This document shows, one piece after another, positions 25,918-35,705 of a DNA stretch of 44,400 nt. A model generated the notes under the pieces. The model saw only the letters and a program-made list of their open reading frames with translations. It did no database searches and was not told the origin of the DNA. How positions within the stretch are numbered: the first letter of the stretch is position 1; each line of letters begins with the position of its first letter. The position numbers and the translations under genes were made by a program. This stretch comes from a virus (lineage: Duplodnaviria > Caudoviricetes), in IMG/VR virus record IMGVR_UViG_3300027851_000048, positions 1 to 44,400 of that record; one strand, 5' to 3'.

Positions 25918-27581
25918 CCGACAGCCAGACACCGCGGCAGAAGCTTCTGCGTCGCAAGCAGGCGATGTGGAACGAGCGCAGCAGTTGGACGACGCGCTGG
26001 CGGGACATGCGCGACTACATGCTGCCGGACGCCGGGCAGTTCTACGACCTCGACCGCGACCGGGGAGAGAACCGGCACATCCGCGTGCTGGACAACACCG
26101 GTCAGCGCTCGCTTGCCGTGCTGGCCGCCGGCCTGATGGCGGGCATGACCAGCCCGGCGCGCCCGTGGTTTCGTCTCACGACGACCGACTCCGATCTCAT
26201 GGAGAGTGAAGCGGTCAAGCTCTGGATGCACCGCGTCACCCGGATCATGCGCGAGATTTTCGCGCGCTCGAACACGTACCGCGCGCTCCACCAGACATAC
26301 GAGGAACTGGGCGCATTCGGTACGGGCGTGAGCTTCATCAAGCCGAACTTCAACACCGTGCTGCATCACATGCCGCTGACGGTGGGCAGCTACGCGCTCG
26401 CTGCGAACGCCGACGGCGTGGTCGACACGCTGGTGCGCGAGATACCCATGACGGTCGAGCAGCTTGTCGGTGAGTTCGGGCTGGATAACGTGTGCGCGCA
26501 GACGAAGAACCGCTACGAACGGCACGATTACGACACATGGCTGACCGTCTATCACGAGGTCAGCCCGCGCAAGGACCGCCAGTACGGCAAGCGCGACGCC
26601 ATGAACAAGCCGTTCAAGTCCTGTTACTACGAGGCCACGGGCGACGGCACGAATCCGCTGCGTGAATCCGGGTTCGACGAGTTCCCGGCGCTGGCTTCCC
26701 GCTGGGTCGTGCGCGGTGCATCGGTCTATGGGTCGAGTCCGGGCCGCGAAGCGCTGGGCGACATCATCTCGCTGCAGAACGGGCAGTTCCAGAAGGCGAA
26801 GGCCATCGACTACAAGGTCGATCCGCCGCTTTCGATGCCGGCGGCCATGAAGAACGACCAGAAAGACTTGTTGCCCGGCGGCATCACCTACTACACCGGC
26901 CAGCAGCCGGACATGATCCGGTCGATCTACGAGCCGCAACTCGACCTGCAGCACATGCTGCTGGACATCCAGGACATGCGTGAGCGGATCCGGTCCTCGT
27001 TCTACGTCGACCTCTTCATGATGCTGGCGAACGACACGCGCAGCGGCATCACCGCGACCGAAGTGGCCGAGCGCCACGAAGAGAAGCTTCTGATGCTGGG
27101 GCCGGTGCTTGAGCGCCTGCACAACGAGTTGCTGTCGCCGAAGATCGACATCACGTTTGCAATGATGGTGCGCGCAGGCATCGTGCCGACGCCGCCACCT
27201 GAACTGCAGGGCATGGACCTCAAGGTGGAGTTTGTCTCGACGCTCGCCCAGGCACAGCGCGCGGTTGGCCTGTCCAGCGTCGATCGCCTGCTGGGCACGG
27301 TCGGAAACATGGCAGCGCTCAAGCCCGACGTGATGGACAAGCTCGACACCGACCAGATCGTCGATACCTACAGCGACATGCTGGGTGTCGATCCGGACCT
27401 GATCGTGGCCGACGAGAAGGTGGCGCTCATTCGGCAGCAGCGCGCCGAGATGGAGCGCGCCGCGCAGCAGGCAGAGCAGGCAGCAATGGGCGTGCAGATG
27501 GCCGAACAGATGAGCCGGGCAGATACGTCAGGCAAGAACGCGCTCACGGACGTGATGGCGCAATTCCAAGGTTATAGCTGA
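25914..27581 (+). CDS. Portal (head-tail connector), T7/BPP-1 type
   Basis: LAAGLMAGMTSPARPWFRL, YG.SPG..ALGD and TATEV.ER.EEKL.MLGPVLERL. Confidence 0.95.
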   Translation: MTDSQTPRQKLLRRKQAMWNERSSWTTRWRDMRDYMLPDAGQFYDLDRDRGENRHIRVLDNTGQRSLAVLAAGLMAGMTSPARPWFRLTTTDSDLMESEAVKLWMHRVTRIMREIFARSNTYRALHQTYEELGAFGTGVSFIKPNFNTVLHHMPLTVGSYALAANADGVVDTLVREIPMTVEQLVGEFGLDNVCAQTKNRYERHDYDTWLTVYHEVSPRKDRQYGKRDAMNKPFKSCYYEATGDGTNPLRESGFDEFPALASRWVVRGASVYGSSPGREALGDIISLQNGQFQKAKAIDYKVDPPLSMPAAMKNDQKDLLPGGITYYTGQQPDMIRSIYEPQLDLQHMLLDIQDMRERIRSSFYVDLFMMLANDTRSGITATEVAERHEEKLLMLGPVLERLHNELLSPKIDITFAMMVRAGIVPTPPPELQGMDLKVEFVSTLAQAQRAVGLSSVDRLLGTVGNMAALKPDVMDKLDTDQIVDTYSDMLGVDPDLIVADEKVALIRQQRAEMERAAQQAEQAAMGVQMAEQMSRADTSGKNALTDVMAQFQGYS

Positions 27582-27592
27582 AGGGGATAGAC

Positions 27593-28933
27593 ATGGGTTC
27601 TGCACTGGAAATCAAGCCGAATGTGGAGTGGTTGCGCAATCCGGACACCGGGCTGATTGTGGGGTTTCGGGATGAGCGGGGGGTGGAGCGAGTCAACGAC
27701 TTCGCTTCGGCGCTGCTTGCCTCTGGCGGGGTGGCTTACGGAAACCTCTCCGCTCTCGGTGGCGACAGCATCACGGAGCAGTGCCGCGGGCCGGGCACGG
27801 CAAATCCGCGGGTGCGTTCGAACTTCGGGTACTTCACCTACCTGAACGCTCGTCTTCGGGGCAGCCTCAAGATGGTGGCGAACTACGGCGTCAGCGGACA
27901 GACCATGACGACGATGCTTGACCGAATTCGGTCTGGCGACATCAACCTGGACGGCATCAAATACTTTTTCTGGATACCGTCCGGCAACGATATCAATCAA
28001 GGCGTCATCACCAATGCAGCGCAACTTCGCGAGGTGATCACCAACATCGTGATTGAGCTGCGCAAGCGCGTTCCGGTCGTCATTGCCGGCAACATCATGC
28101 CGCGCACCGTGACGAACTCGGCGGGATTTGATACCCCAGCCGAGCGCGCGCTGGTGGCGCAAGGGAATATGCACCTTTCAGACCTTTCTTCCTTGGTGCC
28201 GGGATTCCGCTCTGTCGACCTATTCACTCGCCTTGTTGAGCCGTCCACCGGCGCGCCGCTGACGGGTGTGATGTGGGACACGAACCCGGTGCATCCGGGG
28301 GCCACTGGCGCAGAGTTGATTGCGGAATGCTTCTACGAAGGTGCGTCGGACATCCTCCCGAACGGCGGCTACCAGATCACCAACAACAACTATGGCGGCG
28401 AGTTGGTTGCCGTTGCTCCGGCAAGCTGGGCGATCTCCGAAGCTGTTGGAACCTGGACTACGAAAACGCTGACACACGGCGAACTCGGAAGCGACGGGAA
28501 GTCGGACTGGTCGAAGTTGATTCTGGCTACACCATCGCTGCCGGATACCACGTATCAACTGCTGGTCGACACCATTGCAATCGGGGCATCAACATTCGCC
28601 GTCGGCGACACCGTACAAGGCGCGGTCGAGTACGAGATTGTGTCTGCCGTCGATATGAAGGCTGTGAATATGCAACTCACTATCAACGGGGCCGGACAGA
28701 ACGTCGACACGATGGGTGAATTCGCTCTTCCCGCTACCGGGAGCGGTCTGAATGTATCCACAACGCGCCCGCTGAATCGCCGGCTTTTCACGACGCCCGA
28801 GTACGTCATTCCGTCCGGCACGACGGCCATGCAGCCGAAATTGCGATTCATGGCAAACAGCGCAAGTTCTGCGCTTACCGTGCTCATCAAGAATCGCCCG
28901 TCGCTGAAGAACCTGTCGGCTTTGCGCCTGTAA
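27593..28933 (+). CDS. SGNH hydrolase-domain protein with beta-sandwich C-terminus (moron or virion appendage)
   Basis: GDSIT, NYGVSGQT, GNDIN and D..PVHP; more A/T-ending codons than its neighbours; followed by a terminator. Confidence 0.8.
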   Translation: MGSALEIKPNVEWLRNPDTGLIVGFRDERGVERVNDFASALLASGGVAYGNLSALGGDSITEQCRGPGTANPRVRSNFGYFTYLNARLRGSLKMVANYGVSGQTMTTMLDRIRSGDINLDGIKYFFWIPSGNDINQGVITNAAQLREVITNIVIELRKRVPVVIAGNIMPRTVTNSAGFDTPAERALVAQGNMHLSDLSSLVPGFRSVDLFTRLVEPSTGAPLTGVMWDTNPVHPGATGAELIAECFYEGASDILPNGGYQITNNNYGGELVAVAPASWAISEAVGTWTTKTLTHGELGSDGKSDWSKLILATPSLPDTTYQLLVDTIAIGASTFAVGDTVQGAVEYEIVSAVDMKAVNMQLTINGAGQNVDTMGEFALPATGSGLNVSTTRPLNRRLFTTPEYVIPSGTTAMQPKLRFMANSASSALTVLIKNRPSLKNLSALRL

Positions 28934-28956
28934 TCGGCCGCGCCACACTTCCACGC

Positions 28957-28980
28957 AGCCGCCTCCGGGCGGCTTTTTTT
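28957..28980 (+). terminator. Rho-independent terminator
   Basis: AGCCGCC-TCCG-GGCGGCT followed by a T run. Confidence 0.9.
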
Positions 28981-29008
28981 CGCCCATCGCCCGCACTGCC
29001 ACCTCCCT

Positions 29009-29041
29009 TGCACACATAACCCGCTGCGCCGCCGTGACCAT
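29009..29041 (+). promoter_or_regulatory. Putative late promoter, copy 2
   Basis: TGCACACATAACC-N14-GACCAT just after the terminator and 8 nt before ATG 29050. Confidence 0.72.
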
Positions 29042-29049
29042 CTGCGCCG

Positions 29050-29343
29050 ATGAGCACGACACCAGACATTGAAGCGCGCCGGCAGGAAGCCGAGGCCGCG
29101 CGCCTCACCCGGACCCAGACCGAGCGCGCGGACATCGAGTGGCTGATGTCGGAAAAGCAAGGTCGCCGGATCGTCTGGCGTCTGCTCGACGAGGCGGGTG
29201 TGTTCCGCACCGTGTTCAGCGAGTCCGCGCAGCGCATGGCCTTCAACGAAGGGCTGCGCAACACCGGGCTGCAGCTGCTGGACAAGGTCATGGAGTTCTG
29301 CCCCGACGCTTACATGCAGATGACGAGGGAAGCCAAGCAATGA
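29050..29343 (+). CDS. Bbp19-like head-region protein
   Basis: DIEWLMS..QGRRIVWRLL...GVF...MAFNEG.RN.GL. Confidence 0.85.
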   Translation: MSTTPDIEARRQEAEAARLTRTQTERADIEWLMSEKQGRRIVWRLLDEAGVFRTVFSESAQRMAFNEGLRNTGLQLLDKVMEFCPDAYMQMTREAKQ

Positions 29344-30017
29344 CGGAACAGGTCACCACTGCTGCAACGACGGATGCGACGAGCGCCAACCAGGCGCCGG
29401 CCGCCGATCAGACCGCAGCAAACGCTGCAGCGGCAGACGCGACGGCCACCGCACCGGCTGACACGACCGCTGCGCCTGCCACGAAGCCTACCGAGGGCGA
29501 GCAGCAGCAGGACGGCGAAGCCAAGGGTGACGAGGCCGCGAAAACCGGCGAAGAGCAGGCCGTCGAATACGACCTGTCGCTGCCGGATGGCTTCGATCTG
29601 CAGCCGGAGGTGGGTGACGCGCTGAAGAGCTTCCTCTCCACACACAAGCTGCCGGCCGAGGCAGCGAAAGAACTCACCGCGCTGGGCGTGCAGATGGAGC
29701 AGGCCAAGGCGGAGGCGTACCAGAAGACGCGGGATGGCTGGGTCGAGTCGATCAAGTCCGATCAGGAGATCGGCGGTGATGGCCTCGACGCCAATGTGGG
29801 TCTGGCAAAGCGAGCGCTCGACACGTTCGGCACGCCGGAACTGAAAAGCCTGCTGGAGGGTTCGGGCTTCGGGGATCACCCCGAAATCGTGCGCGCCTTC
29901 TACCGCGTCGGCAAAGCGATCAGCGACGACAAGCTGGTCACCCAACAGGGGAGCGGCCCTGCCGCGCAAGCCAAGTCGCAAGCGCAGCAGATGTTCCCGA
30001 GCATGGCAAACCCGTAA
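29340..30017 (+). CDS. Capsid scaffolding protein (putative)
   Basis: Ala/Thr/acidic N-terminus and G.GDHPE.VRAF..VGKAISDD; precedes the major capsid gene. Confidence 0.8.
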   Translation: MTEQVTTAATTDATSANQAPAADQTAANAAAADATATAPADTTAAPATKPTEGEQQQDGEAKGDEAAKTGEEQAVEYDLSLPDGFDLQPEVGDALKSFLSTHKLPAEAAKELTALGVQMEQAKAEAYQKTRDGWVESIKSDQEIGGDGLDANVGLAKRALDTFGTPELKSLLEGSGFGDHPEIVRAFYRVGKAISDDKLVTQQGSGPAAQAKSQAQQMFPSMANP

Positions 30018-30029
30018 GGAGATCAGATC

Positions 30030-31046
30030 ATGGCAGTCCTGAGCATCACGAACCCGACCCTGGCCGATGCCGCCAAGGTCACCGATCCCGACGGCAAGAT
30101 GAATATCGCCAACATCGTCGACATCCTTGCCCAGACCAACGAAATCCTGGGCGACATGACGTGGGTCGAGGGCAACCTGCCGACCGGTCACCGCACCAGC
30201 ATCTCGACCGGCATCCCGGCCCCGACGTGGCGCAAGCTCTACGGCGGCGTGCAGCCGAACAAGGCTACGCACGCACAGATCACGGACAACTGCGGCATGC
30301 TGGAAGCCTACGCCGAGGTTGACAAGGCGCTGGCCGACCTGAACGGCAACAGCGCGACGTTCCGCCTGATCGAAGATATGCGCCACATCGAGGGCATGTC
30401 GCAGGAAATGGCGCAGACCATTTTCTACGGCAACGAAGGCACCGAGGCAGAAGCCTTCACGGGTCTTGCGCCGCGCTTCAATAGTCTGTCCGCACCGAAC
30501 GCCGACAACATCATCGATGCCGGTGGCACGAGCACGGACAACACCTCCGTGTACCTGGTCGTATGGGGTCAGCAGACCTGTCACGGCATCTACCCGAAGG
30601 GTTCGATGGCCGGCCTGCAGTCGCGCGACATGGGCGAGGTCACGATCGAGAACGCCGACGGTGCCGGTGGCCGCATGCAGGCATACCGCTCGCACTACAA
30701 GTGGGACGCCGGCCTGTGCGTGAAGGACTGGCGCTACGTCGTGCGTGTTTGCAACATCGATGTGTCCGATCTGCGCGCACTCACCGGCACCCAAGCCGTC
30801 GCGGCCGCGACCAACATCCTGAAGGTGATGACCCGCGCTTCCGAGCGCGTGCAATCGATGGGTATTGGCCGGCCGGTCTTCTACGTGAATCGCACCGTGC
30901 GCGAGAACCTGCGTATGTCGATCATCGAGAAGATCACGTCGAATCTCGCCTGGGAAACCGTCGCCGGCAAGCGCGTCATGACCTTCGACGACATCCCGGT
31001 GCGCCGCGTCGATCAGCTGTTGCTGACCGAAGCCCGCGTCGTCTAA
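30030..31046 (+). CDS. Major capsid protein (BPP-1/epsilon15 type)
   Basis: L.QTNEIL.DM.W.EGN..TGH, D.CGMLEAYAEVDK.LADLNGN and IP.RRVDQLL.TEARVV; TAAGGAG RBS. Confidence 0.93.
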   Translation: MAVLSITNPTLADAAKVTDPDGKMNIANIVDILAQTNEILGDMTWVEGNLPTGHRTSISTGIPAPTWRKLYGGVQPNKATHAQITDNCGMLEAYAEVDKALADLNGNSATFRLIEDMRHIEGMSQEMAQTIFYGNEGTEAEAFTGLAPRFNSLSAPNADNIIDAGGTSTDNTSVYLVVWGQQTCHGIYPKGSMAGLQSRDMGEVTIENADGAGGRMQAYRSHYKWDAGLCVKDWRYVVRVCNIDVSDLRALTGTQAVAAATNILKVMTRASERVQSMGIGRPVFYVNRTVRENLRMSIIEKITSNLAWETVAGKRVMTFDDIPVRRVDQLLLTEARVV

Positions 31047-31071
31047 GCCATCACTTCAAGGAGAACGCATC

Positions 31072-31491
31072 ATGTACGTGGATAACACTCTGGAAGTGAG
31101 CGACGCCCAGGCGCTGACCGCTTCCGCCGCATCGACCGATGTCGTGGATCTGGGTTCGGATCGCGACATCGGTCAGGGCAAGACGATCTATCTGGTCGTC
31201 ACCGTGGATGTCGCAGCCGATGGCACGACGGCCGACGAGACCTACACCGTGGCGATCCAGACCGACGACAACTCGGGCTTCTCGTCTGCCACCACGCTGA
31301 CGACCGTCACCATCCCGCGCGGCACGGCGGCGGGCGCGATGTTCGTCATCCCGATGCCCTACGGAAACGAGCGCTACCTGCGCGCCTACTACACGCTGGG
31401 CGGCACCACGCCGACGGTCACCCTGTCCGCGCACTTCACGGATCAGGAGCCGTATTCGTGGCAGGCCTACGCTGACGGCTCGGCGCCGTAA
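31072..31491 (+). CDS. Capsid cement/decoration protein (Bbp16-like)
   Basis: D..LE.SDAQA.TASAASTDVVDLG and ERYLR.YYT. Confidence 0.85.
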   Translation: MYVDNTLEVSDAQALTASAASTDVVDLGSDRDIGQGKTIYLVVTVDVAADGTTADETYTVAIQTDDNSGFSSATTLTTVTIPRGTAAGAMFVIPMPYGNERYLRAYYTLGGTTPTVTLSAHFTDQEPYSWQAYADGSAP

Positions 31492-31503
31492 CGGGAGATC
31501 GTC

Positions 31504-31737
31504 ATGCGCGAGTTCGCAAAGGCTGTGCAGATGGGCTTCTACCGCGGCGGCCGTCGGCGCGAGGGCAGCGTCTTCGAACTGACGCCCGGCGACGAGTGCC
31601 CGGCGTGGGCGAGGCCTTGCGCCTCTCCCGTGCCAGCCGACCCCGTGCCGGCTGACGAGGTCCGGGCGCAGCGCGGAAAGCGGGCGCCGGCGGCCAAGGC
31701 CGACCCCGTTCCGACTGACCCCGTGCCGGAGCAGTAA
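31504..31737 (+). CDS. Hypothetical protein with DPVP repeats
   Basis: GGGAG RBS; GFY.G.RR..G..FE motif; PVPAD/DPVP repeats. Confidence 0.7.
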   Translation: MREFAKAVQMGFYRGGRRREGSVFELTPGDECPAWARPCASPVPADPVPADEVRAQRGKRAPAAKADPVPTDPVPEQ

Positions 31738-31755
31738 CCGGCGCGGACATCCACC

Positions 31756-31781
31756 AACGGGGGCCGCGCGCCCCCGTTTTT
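31756..31781 (+). terminator. Rho-independent terminator after the capsid genes
   Basis: AACGGGGGC-CGCGC-GCCCCCGTT followed by TTT. Confidence 0.85.
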
Positions 31782-31797
31782 CATGGAGCACTGAGCA

Positions 31798-32439
31798 ATG
31801 GCTTCGGCTGTCGATATCTGCAATCTGGCGCTGTCGCACATCGGTGACGCGGCGAACGTCTCCAGCATCGACCCGCCTGAGGCGTCGCTGCAGGCCGAGC
31901 TTTGCAAGCGCTTCTACCCGGTGGCGCGCGACTTCATTCTGGAGCGGCACACATGGCGGTTCGCCACGAAGCGGCAGGAGCTGGCGATTCTGTCATCGAT
32001 CACGCTGCCCTCGTGGCAGTACGCCTTCGGCGTGCCGTCCGACATGATCCGCCCGGTCCGGTTGCTGAACACCGACGCTTCTGACGATCAGGAAGGCGAG
32101 TCCTTCATCATCGAGATGGTCGGCACCACGCAGGTGCTGTTTGCCAACATCGAGACGCCGCGCATCACCTACATCGCCCGCGTGACCGATACGGCGAAGT
32201 TCTCCCCGCTGTTCGTGTCCGCACTGTCCTACCAGCTCGCCGGATATCTGGCCGGGCCGCTCATGAAGGGCGATGCCGGGCGCAAGGAAGCGGTCGCGCT
32301 GCGCCGGCTGGCTGAGAACGATCTGGCGCTGGCTGTCACGTCGGATGCGAACTCGCAGGACGCCAAGCCCGAGCACATGCCGACCACGCTGCGCAACCGC
32401 GGCGGCTTCGCACCGGACGCGGCACGGGTGCTGCGATGA
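31798..32439 (+). CDS. Tail adaptor (tail tubular protein A-like)
   Basis: MAS.VDICNLALSHIG, H.W.FA and W.YA...P.D; synteny. Confidence 0.85.
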   Translation: MASAVDICNLALSHIGDAANVSSIDPPEASLQAELCKRFYPVARDFILERHTWRFATKRQELAILSSITLPSWQYAFGVPSDMIRPVRLLNTDASDDQEGESFIIEMVGTTQVLFANIETPRITYIARVTDTAKFSPLFVSALSYQLAGYLAGPLMKGDAGRKEAVALRRLAENDLALAVTSDANSQDAKPEHMPTTLRNRGGFAPDAARVLR

Positions 32440-34727
32440 ACCTGCGCACGCTGCTGCGCTCGTTCGCGGGCGGGGAGATCAGCCCGGAGATGTTCGGCCG
32501 GCTCGACCTCGACAAATTCCAGACCGGGTTGAAAACCTGCCGCAACTTCATCGTGCTGCCGCACGGGCCGGTGCGCTTTCGCAACGGCACGGGCTTCATC
32601 CTGTCGCAGAAGCATGCCGACAAGACCGCGCGCGTGATCGAGTTCGCCTACTCGACCGATCAGACCTACGCGATCGAACTGGGCGACCAGTACATCCGAT
32701 TCCACACGCAGGGCGGCACGTTGCTGGAAGCGGCGGATGTGGTGACCGGTGTCACGCAGGCGAATCCGGGCGTCGTCACGAGCGTCGCGCACGGGTTTTC
32801 CAACGGCGACACGATCTATCTGTCGGACTTCACGGGTGGCATGACCGAGTTGAACGGGCGCTACGTGAAGGCGGCGAACGTGACCGCGAACACATTCGAT
32901 TTACAGGACTTGTTCGGCAACGCTATCGACACCAGCGCGATGTCGGCGTATTCGAGCGGTGGCACGGCGGCGCGGGTCTATGAAATCGCCAGCCCGTACC
33001 TGGAGGCCGACCTGCTGGACCTGACCTACGTGCAGTCGGCGGATGTGCTGACCATCACGCACCCGAGCTACGCTCCGCGAGAGTTGCGCCGGCTGTCTGC
33101 CGTGTCGTGGTCGCTGACGACGATCTCATTCGTCCCGGTCATCAGCGCGCCGACCGGCATCAACGTGGTGGCGACCGTCGGGGCGGGCGCCGTCACGTAC
33201 AGCTACGTCGTGACCGCCATCGACGAGGACACGCTGGACGAGTCGGTGGCATCAGCATCCGACAGCATCACGAACAACCTCGCGACCTCGGGCAACAAGA
33301 ACACGATCAGCTGGTCGGCCGTGTCCGGGGCGCTGCGCTACAACGTGTTCAAGGAGCGCAACGGCCTGTACGGCTACATCGGGCAGACGGACGGCGTGTC
33401 ATTCGTCGATGAGAACATCACGGCTGACGTCACGCGCACACCTCCAGAGTCGCAGAACCCGTTCTCGGGCGCCAACAATTACCCCGGGTGCGTGAGCTAC
33501 TTCGAGCAGCGGCGCGTGTTTGCCGGCTCCAACAACGAGCCGCAGACCGCGCGCCTTACCCGGTCGGCGACCGAATCGAACCTCAACTACTCCATCCCCG
33601 CGCAGGACAACGACGCCATCACGCTGCGGCTGAAAGCGCGTCAGGTCAATCGCATCCGCCACATCCTGCCGCTGGCTGACTTGATCCTGCTGACCACGAA
33701 CGGCGAGTGGCGCATCTGGGCGCAGAACTCGGACGCCATCACGCCGGCCAGCGTGTCAGCCCGGCCGCAGGCGTTCAACGGCGCGGGCCTGCCACAACCG
33801 GTGCTGACCGGCAGTGCGGCGCTCTACGTGCGCAACCAGTCGGCGCGCATCTACGAGCTGCAATACACGTGGGAGCAGAACAGCTACAAGTCCGACGACG
33901 TGTCGATCATGGCCCCGCACATGTTCGACGGCTATTCGATCACCCAGATGGCGCTCACCCGCACGCCCGTTCCCGTGGTCTGGGCGCTGCGCTCCGACGG
34001 CGTGCTGCTGGGCATGACCTACATGCCTGCGCAGCGCGTGTGGGCGTGGCATCGACACGACACCGATGGCCTCGTGGAGAGCGTTGCCGGCGTGAGCGAG
34101 TCCGGTGCCGACGTGCTCTACATGACGGTCAATCGCACGATCAACGGCGTGACCATGCGCTACGTCGAGCGCATGGAGATTGCGCCACCCTCTGACGTTC
34201 TCGACGCCGATGCGCTCATCAGCGCCTTTCACGTCGACGCGGGGCTCACCTACAGCGGCGCGCTCACCGACACGATCACCGGCCTGTGGCATCTGGAGGG
34301 CGAGACGGTCAATGTGCTGGCCGACGGTGTGGTGCATCCGCGGCGCGTCGTCACGAATGGCGCCATCACGCTGGCCGAAGAGCACGAGGTGGTGCATGTC
34401 GGGCTGCCGATCGTGGGCGATCTGGAGACACTGCCGATGGCGCTGGAAATGGAGGCCTTCGGACAGGGCCGGCAGAAGAACGTGAACAAGGTCTATCTGC
34501 GCGTCTATCGCTCGTCCGGCATCAAGGCCGGACCCAGCACGAGCCGGCTTACCGAGTACAAGCAGCGCACGTCCGAGTTGCCTGGCACGCCGCCCGCACT
34601 GGTGTCCGACGAGATCGAGATCACCATCGGCGGGGTGTGGCAGTCGGGCGGGCACCTTGCCGTGCGTCAGGACAATCCGCTGCCGCTGACCGTGCTGTCC
34701 ATGGTGCTGGAGGCGTCCGTTGCCTGA
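32436..34727 (+). CDS. Tail nozzle (tail tubular protein B-like) with inserted FCCH-like beta domain
   Basis: SFAGGEISP.MFGR.D, QSADVL...HP, YP..VSYFEQR and AWHRH; insert VTQANPGVVT..AHGFSNGD. Confidence 0.88.
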   Translation: MNLRTLLRSFAGGEISPEMFGRLDLDKFQTGLKTCRNFIVLPHGPVRFRNGTGFILSQKHADKTARVIEFAYSTDQTYAIELGDQYIRFHTQGGTLLEAADVVTGVTQANPGVVTSVAHGFSNGDTIYLSDFTGGMTELNGRYVKAANVTANTFDLQDLFGNAIDTSAMSAYSSGGTAARVYEIASPYLEADLLDLTYVQSADVLTITHPSYAPRELRRLSAVSWSLTTISFVPVISAPTGINVVATVGAGAVTYSYVVTAIDEDTLDESVASASDSITNNLATSGNKNTISWSAVSGALRYNVFKERNGLYGYIGQTDGVSFVDENITADVTRTPPESQNPFSGANNYPGCVSYFEQRRVFAGSNNEPQTARLTRSATESNLNYSIPAQDNDAITLRLKARQVNRIRHILPLADLILLTTNGEWRIWAQNSDAITPASVSARPQAFNGAGLPQPVLTGSAALYVRNQSARIYELQYTWEQNSYKSDDVSIMAPHMFDGYSITQMALTRTPVPVVWALRSDGVLLGMTYMPAQRVWAWHRHDTDGLVESVAGVSESGADVLYMTVNRTINGVTMRYVERMEIAPPSDVLDADALISAFHVDAGLTYSGALTDTITGLWHLEGETVNVLADGVVHPRRVVTNGAITLAEEHEVVHVGLPIVGDLETLPMALEMEAFGQGRQKNVNKVYLRVYRSSGIKAGPSTSRLTEYKQRTSELPGTPPALVSDEIEITIGGVWQSGGHLAVRQDNPLPLTVLSMVLEASVA

Positions 34728-35190
34728 GGCCATCATCCGCGCGGTGCGCCCGGGCGACGTCAAGGAACTAGTCGCCAATCTGCGTGACGCGGACCGGCTG
34801 GAAATCATGGGCATGCACACATCCCTCGAGGCTGCGGCGCGATATTCCGTCGAGCGCTCGCGCTACGTGGCGGCGGCTGAATGCGACGGTCGGCTGGTGT
34901 GCATATTCGGCGTGGGCAGCATGGGCACGCTGTCCGATACCGGTGTGCCGTGGCTGTTGGGCACGAACGAGATGCGCCACCACAGGCGCGCGGTGCTTGA
35001 GAAAAGCCGCGAGTACGTGCCGGCGATGCTGGTGCTCTACCCGGTGCTGCGCAACTACGTCGATGCGCGCTACACCGAAGCGGTGCGCTGGCTCAAATGG
35101 CTGGGATTCGATGTGAAGCCCGCGCAGCGGATCGGCCGGCGCGGCGAGTTGTATCACCCGTTCGAAATGAGGGCAGACACCCATGTGTGA
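34720..35190 (+). CDS. Internal virion protein A-like (T7 gp13-like, GNAT-like fold)
   Basis: LR.AD..E, G.PWLLGT and L.NYVD......VRWLKWLGF. Confidence 0.8.
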   Translation: MPEAIIRAVRPGDVKELVANLRDADRLEIMGMHTSLEAAARYSVERSRYVAAAECDGRLVCIFGVGSMGTLSDTGVPWLLGTNEMRHHRRAVLEKSREYVPAMLVLYPVLRNYVDARYTEAVRWLKWLGFDVKPAQRIGRRGELYHPFEMRADTHV

Positions 35191-35704
35191 GTTGGCAACC
35201 ATCGCGACCATCGCCTCCATTGCCGGCACCGGCATGCAGGCCATCGGTGCCTACCAGACCGCGCAGTCGCAGAAGGCGTCCTATGCCTATCAGTCGCGCG
35301 TCTCCGAGAACAACGCGAAGATCGGCGAATGGCAGGCGCAGGACGCCATGAAGCGCGGCGAGCGGGCCGAGATCGACCAGCGGCGAAAGACGGCGCAACT
35401 GAAAGGCGCGCAGACGGCGAGCCTTGCGGCGCGTGGCCTGGACATCGGCACCGGCAGCGCGCTCAACATCCTGAGCGACACCGACTACCTGGGCGAGATC
35501 GACGCGCTGACTATCCGTGACAACAGCCGGCGCGAGGCGTGGGGTATCCGGCAGGGCGCGCAGAACGACACGAACAACGCCGGCGTGCTGCGCGGCGCAG
35601 GCAACGCAATCAGCCCGATCGGCGCGGGCGCGACGTCTCTGCTGACCGGTGCGGGGCAGGTTGCGAAGCAGTGGTACTACCTGAAGGACAAGGACAAGAA
35701 CTGA
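35183..35704 (+). CDS. Ejection protein (T7 gp14-like)
   Basis: MCE start, Ala/Gly-rich hydrophobic ends and G.Q.A.LAA.G.D...GSA. Confidence 0.8.
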   Translation: MCELATIATIASIAGTGMQAIGAYQTAQSQKASYAYQSRVSENNAKIGEWQAQDAMKRGERAEIDQRRKTAQLKGAQTASLAARGLDIGTGSALNILSDTDYLGEIDALTIRDNSRREAWGIRQGAQNDTNNAGVLRGAGNAISPIGAGATSLLTGAGQVAKQWYYLKDKDKN

Positions 35705-35705
35705 C

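Noticed and set aside
31946-31980. GCACACAT inside the tail adaptor gene as another late promoter
   Set aside because: It lacks the leading T and has no GAYCAT-like element at the conserved spacing.
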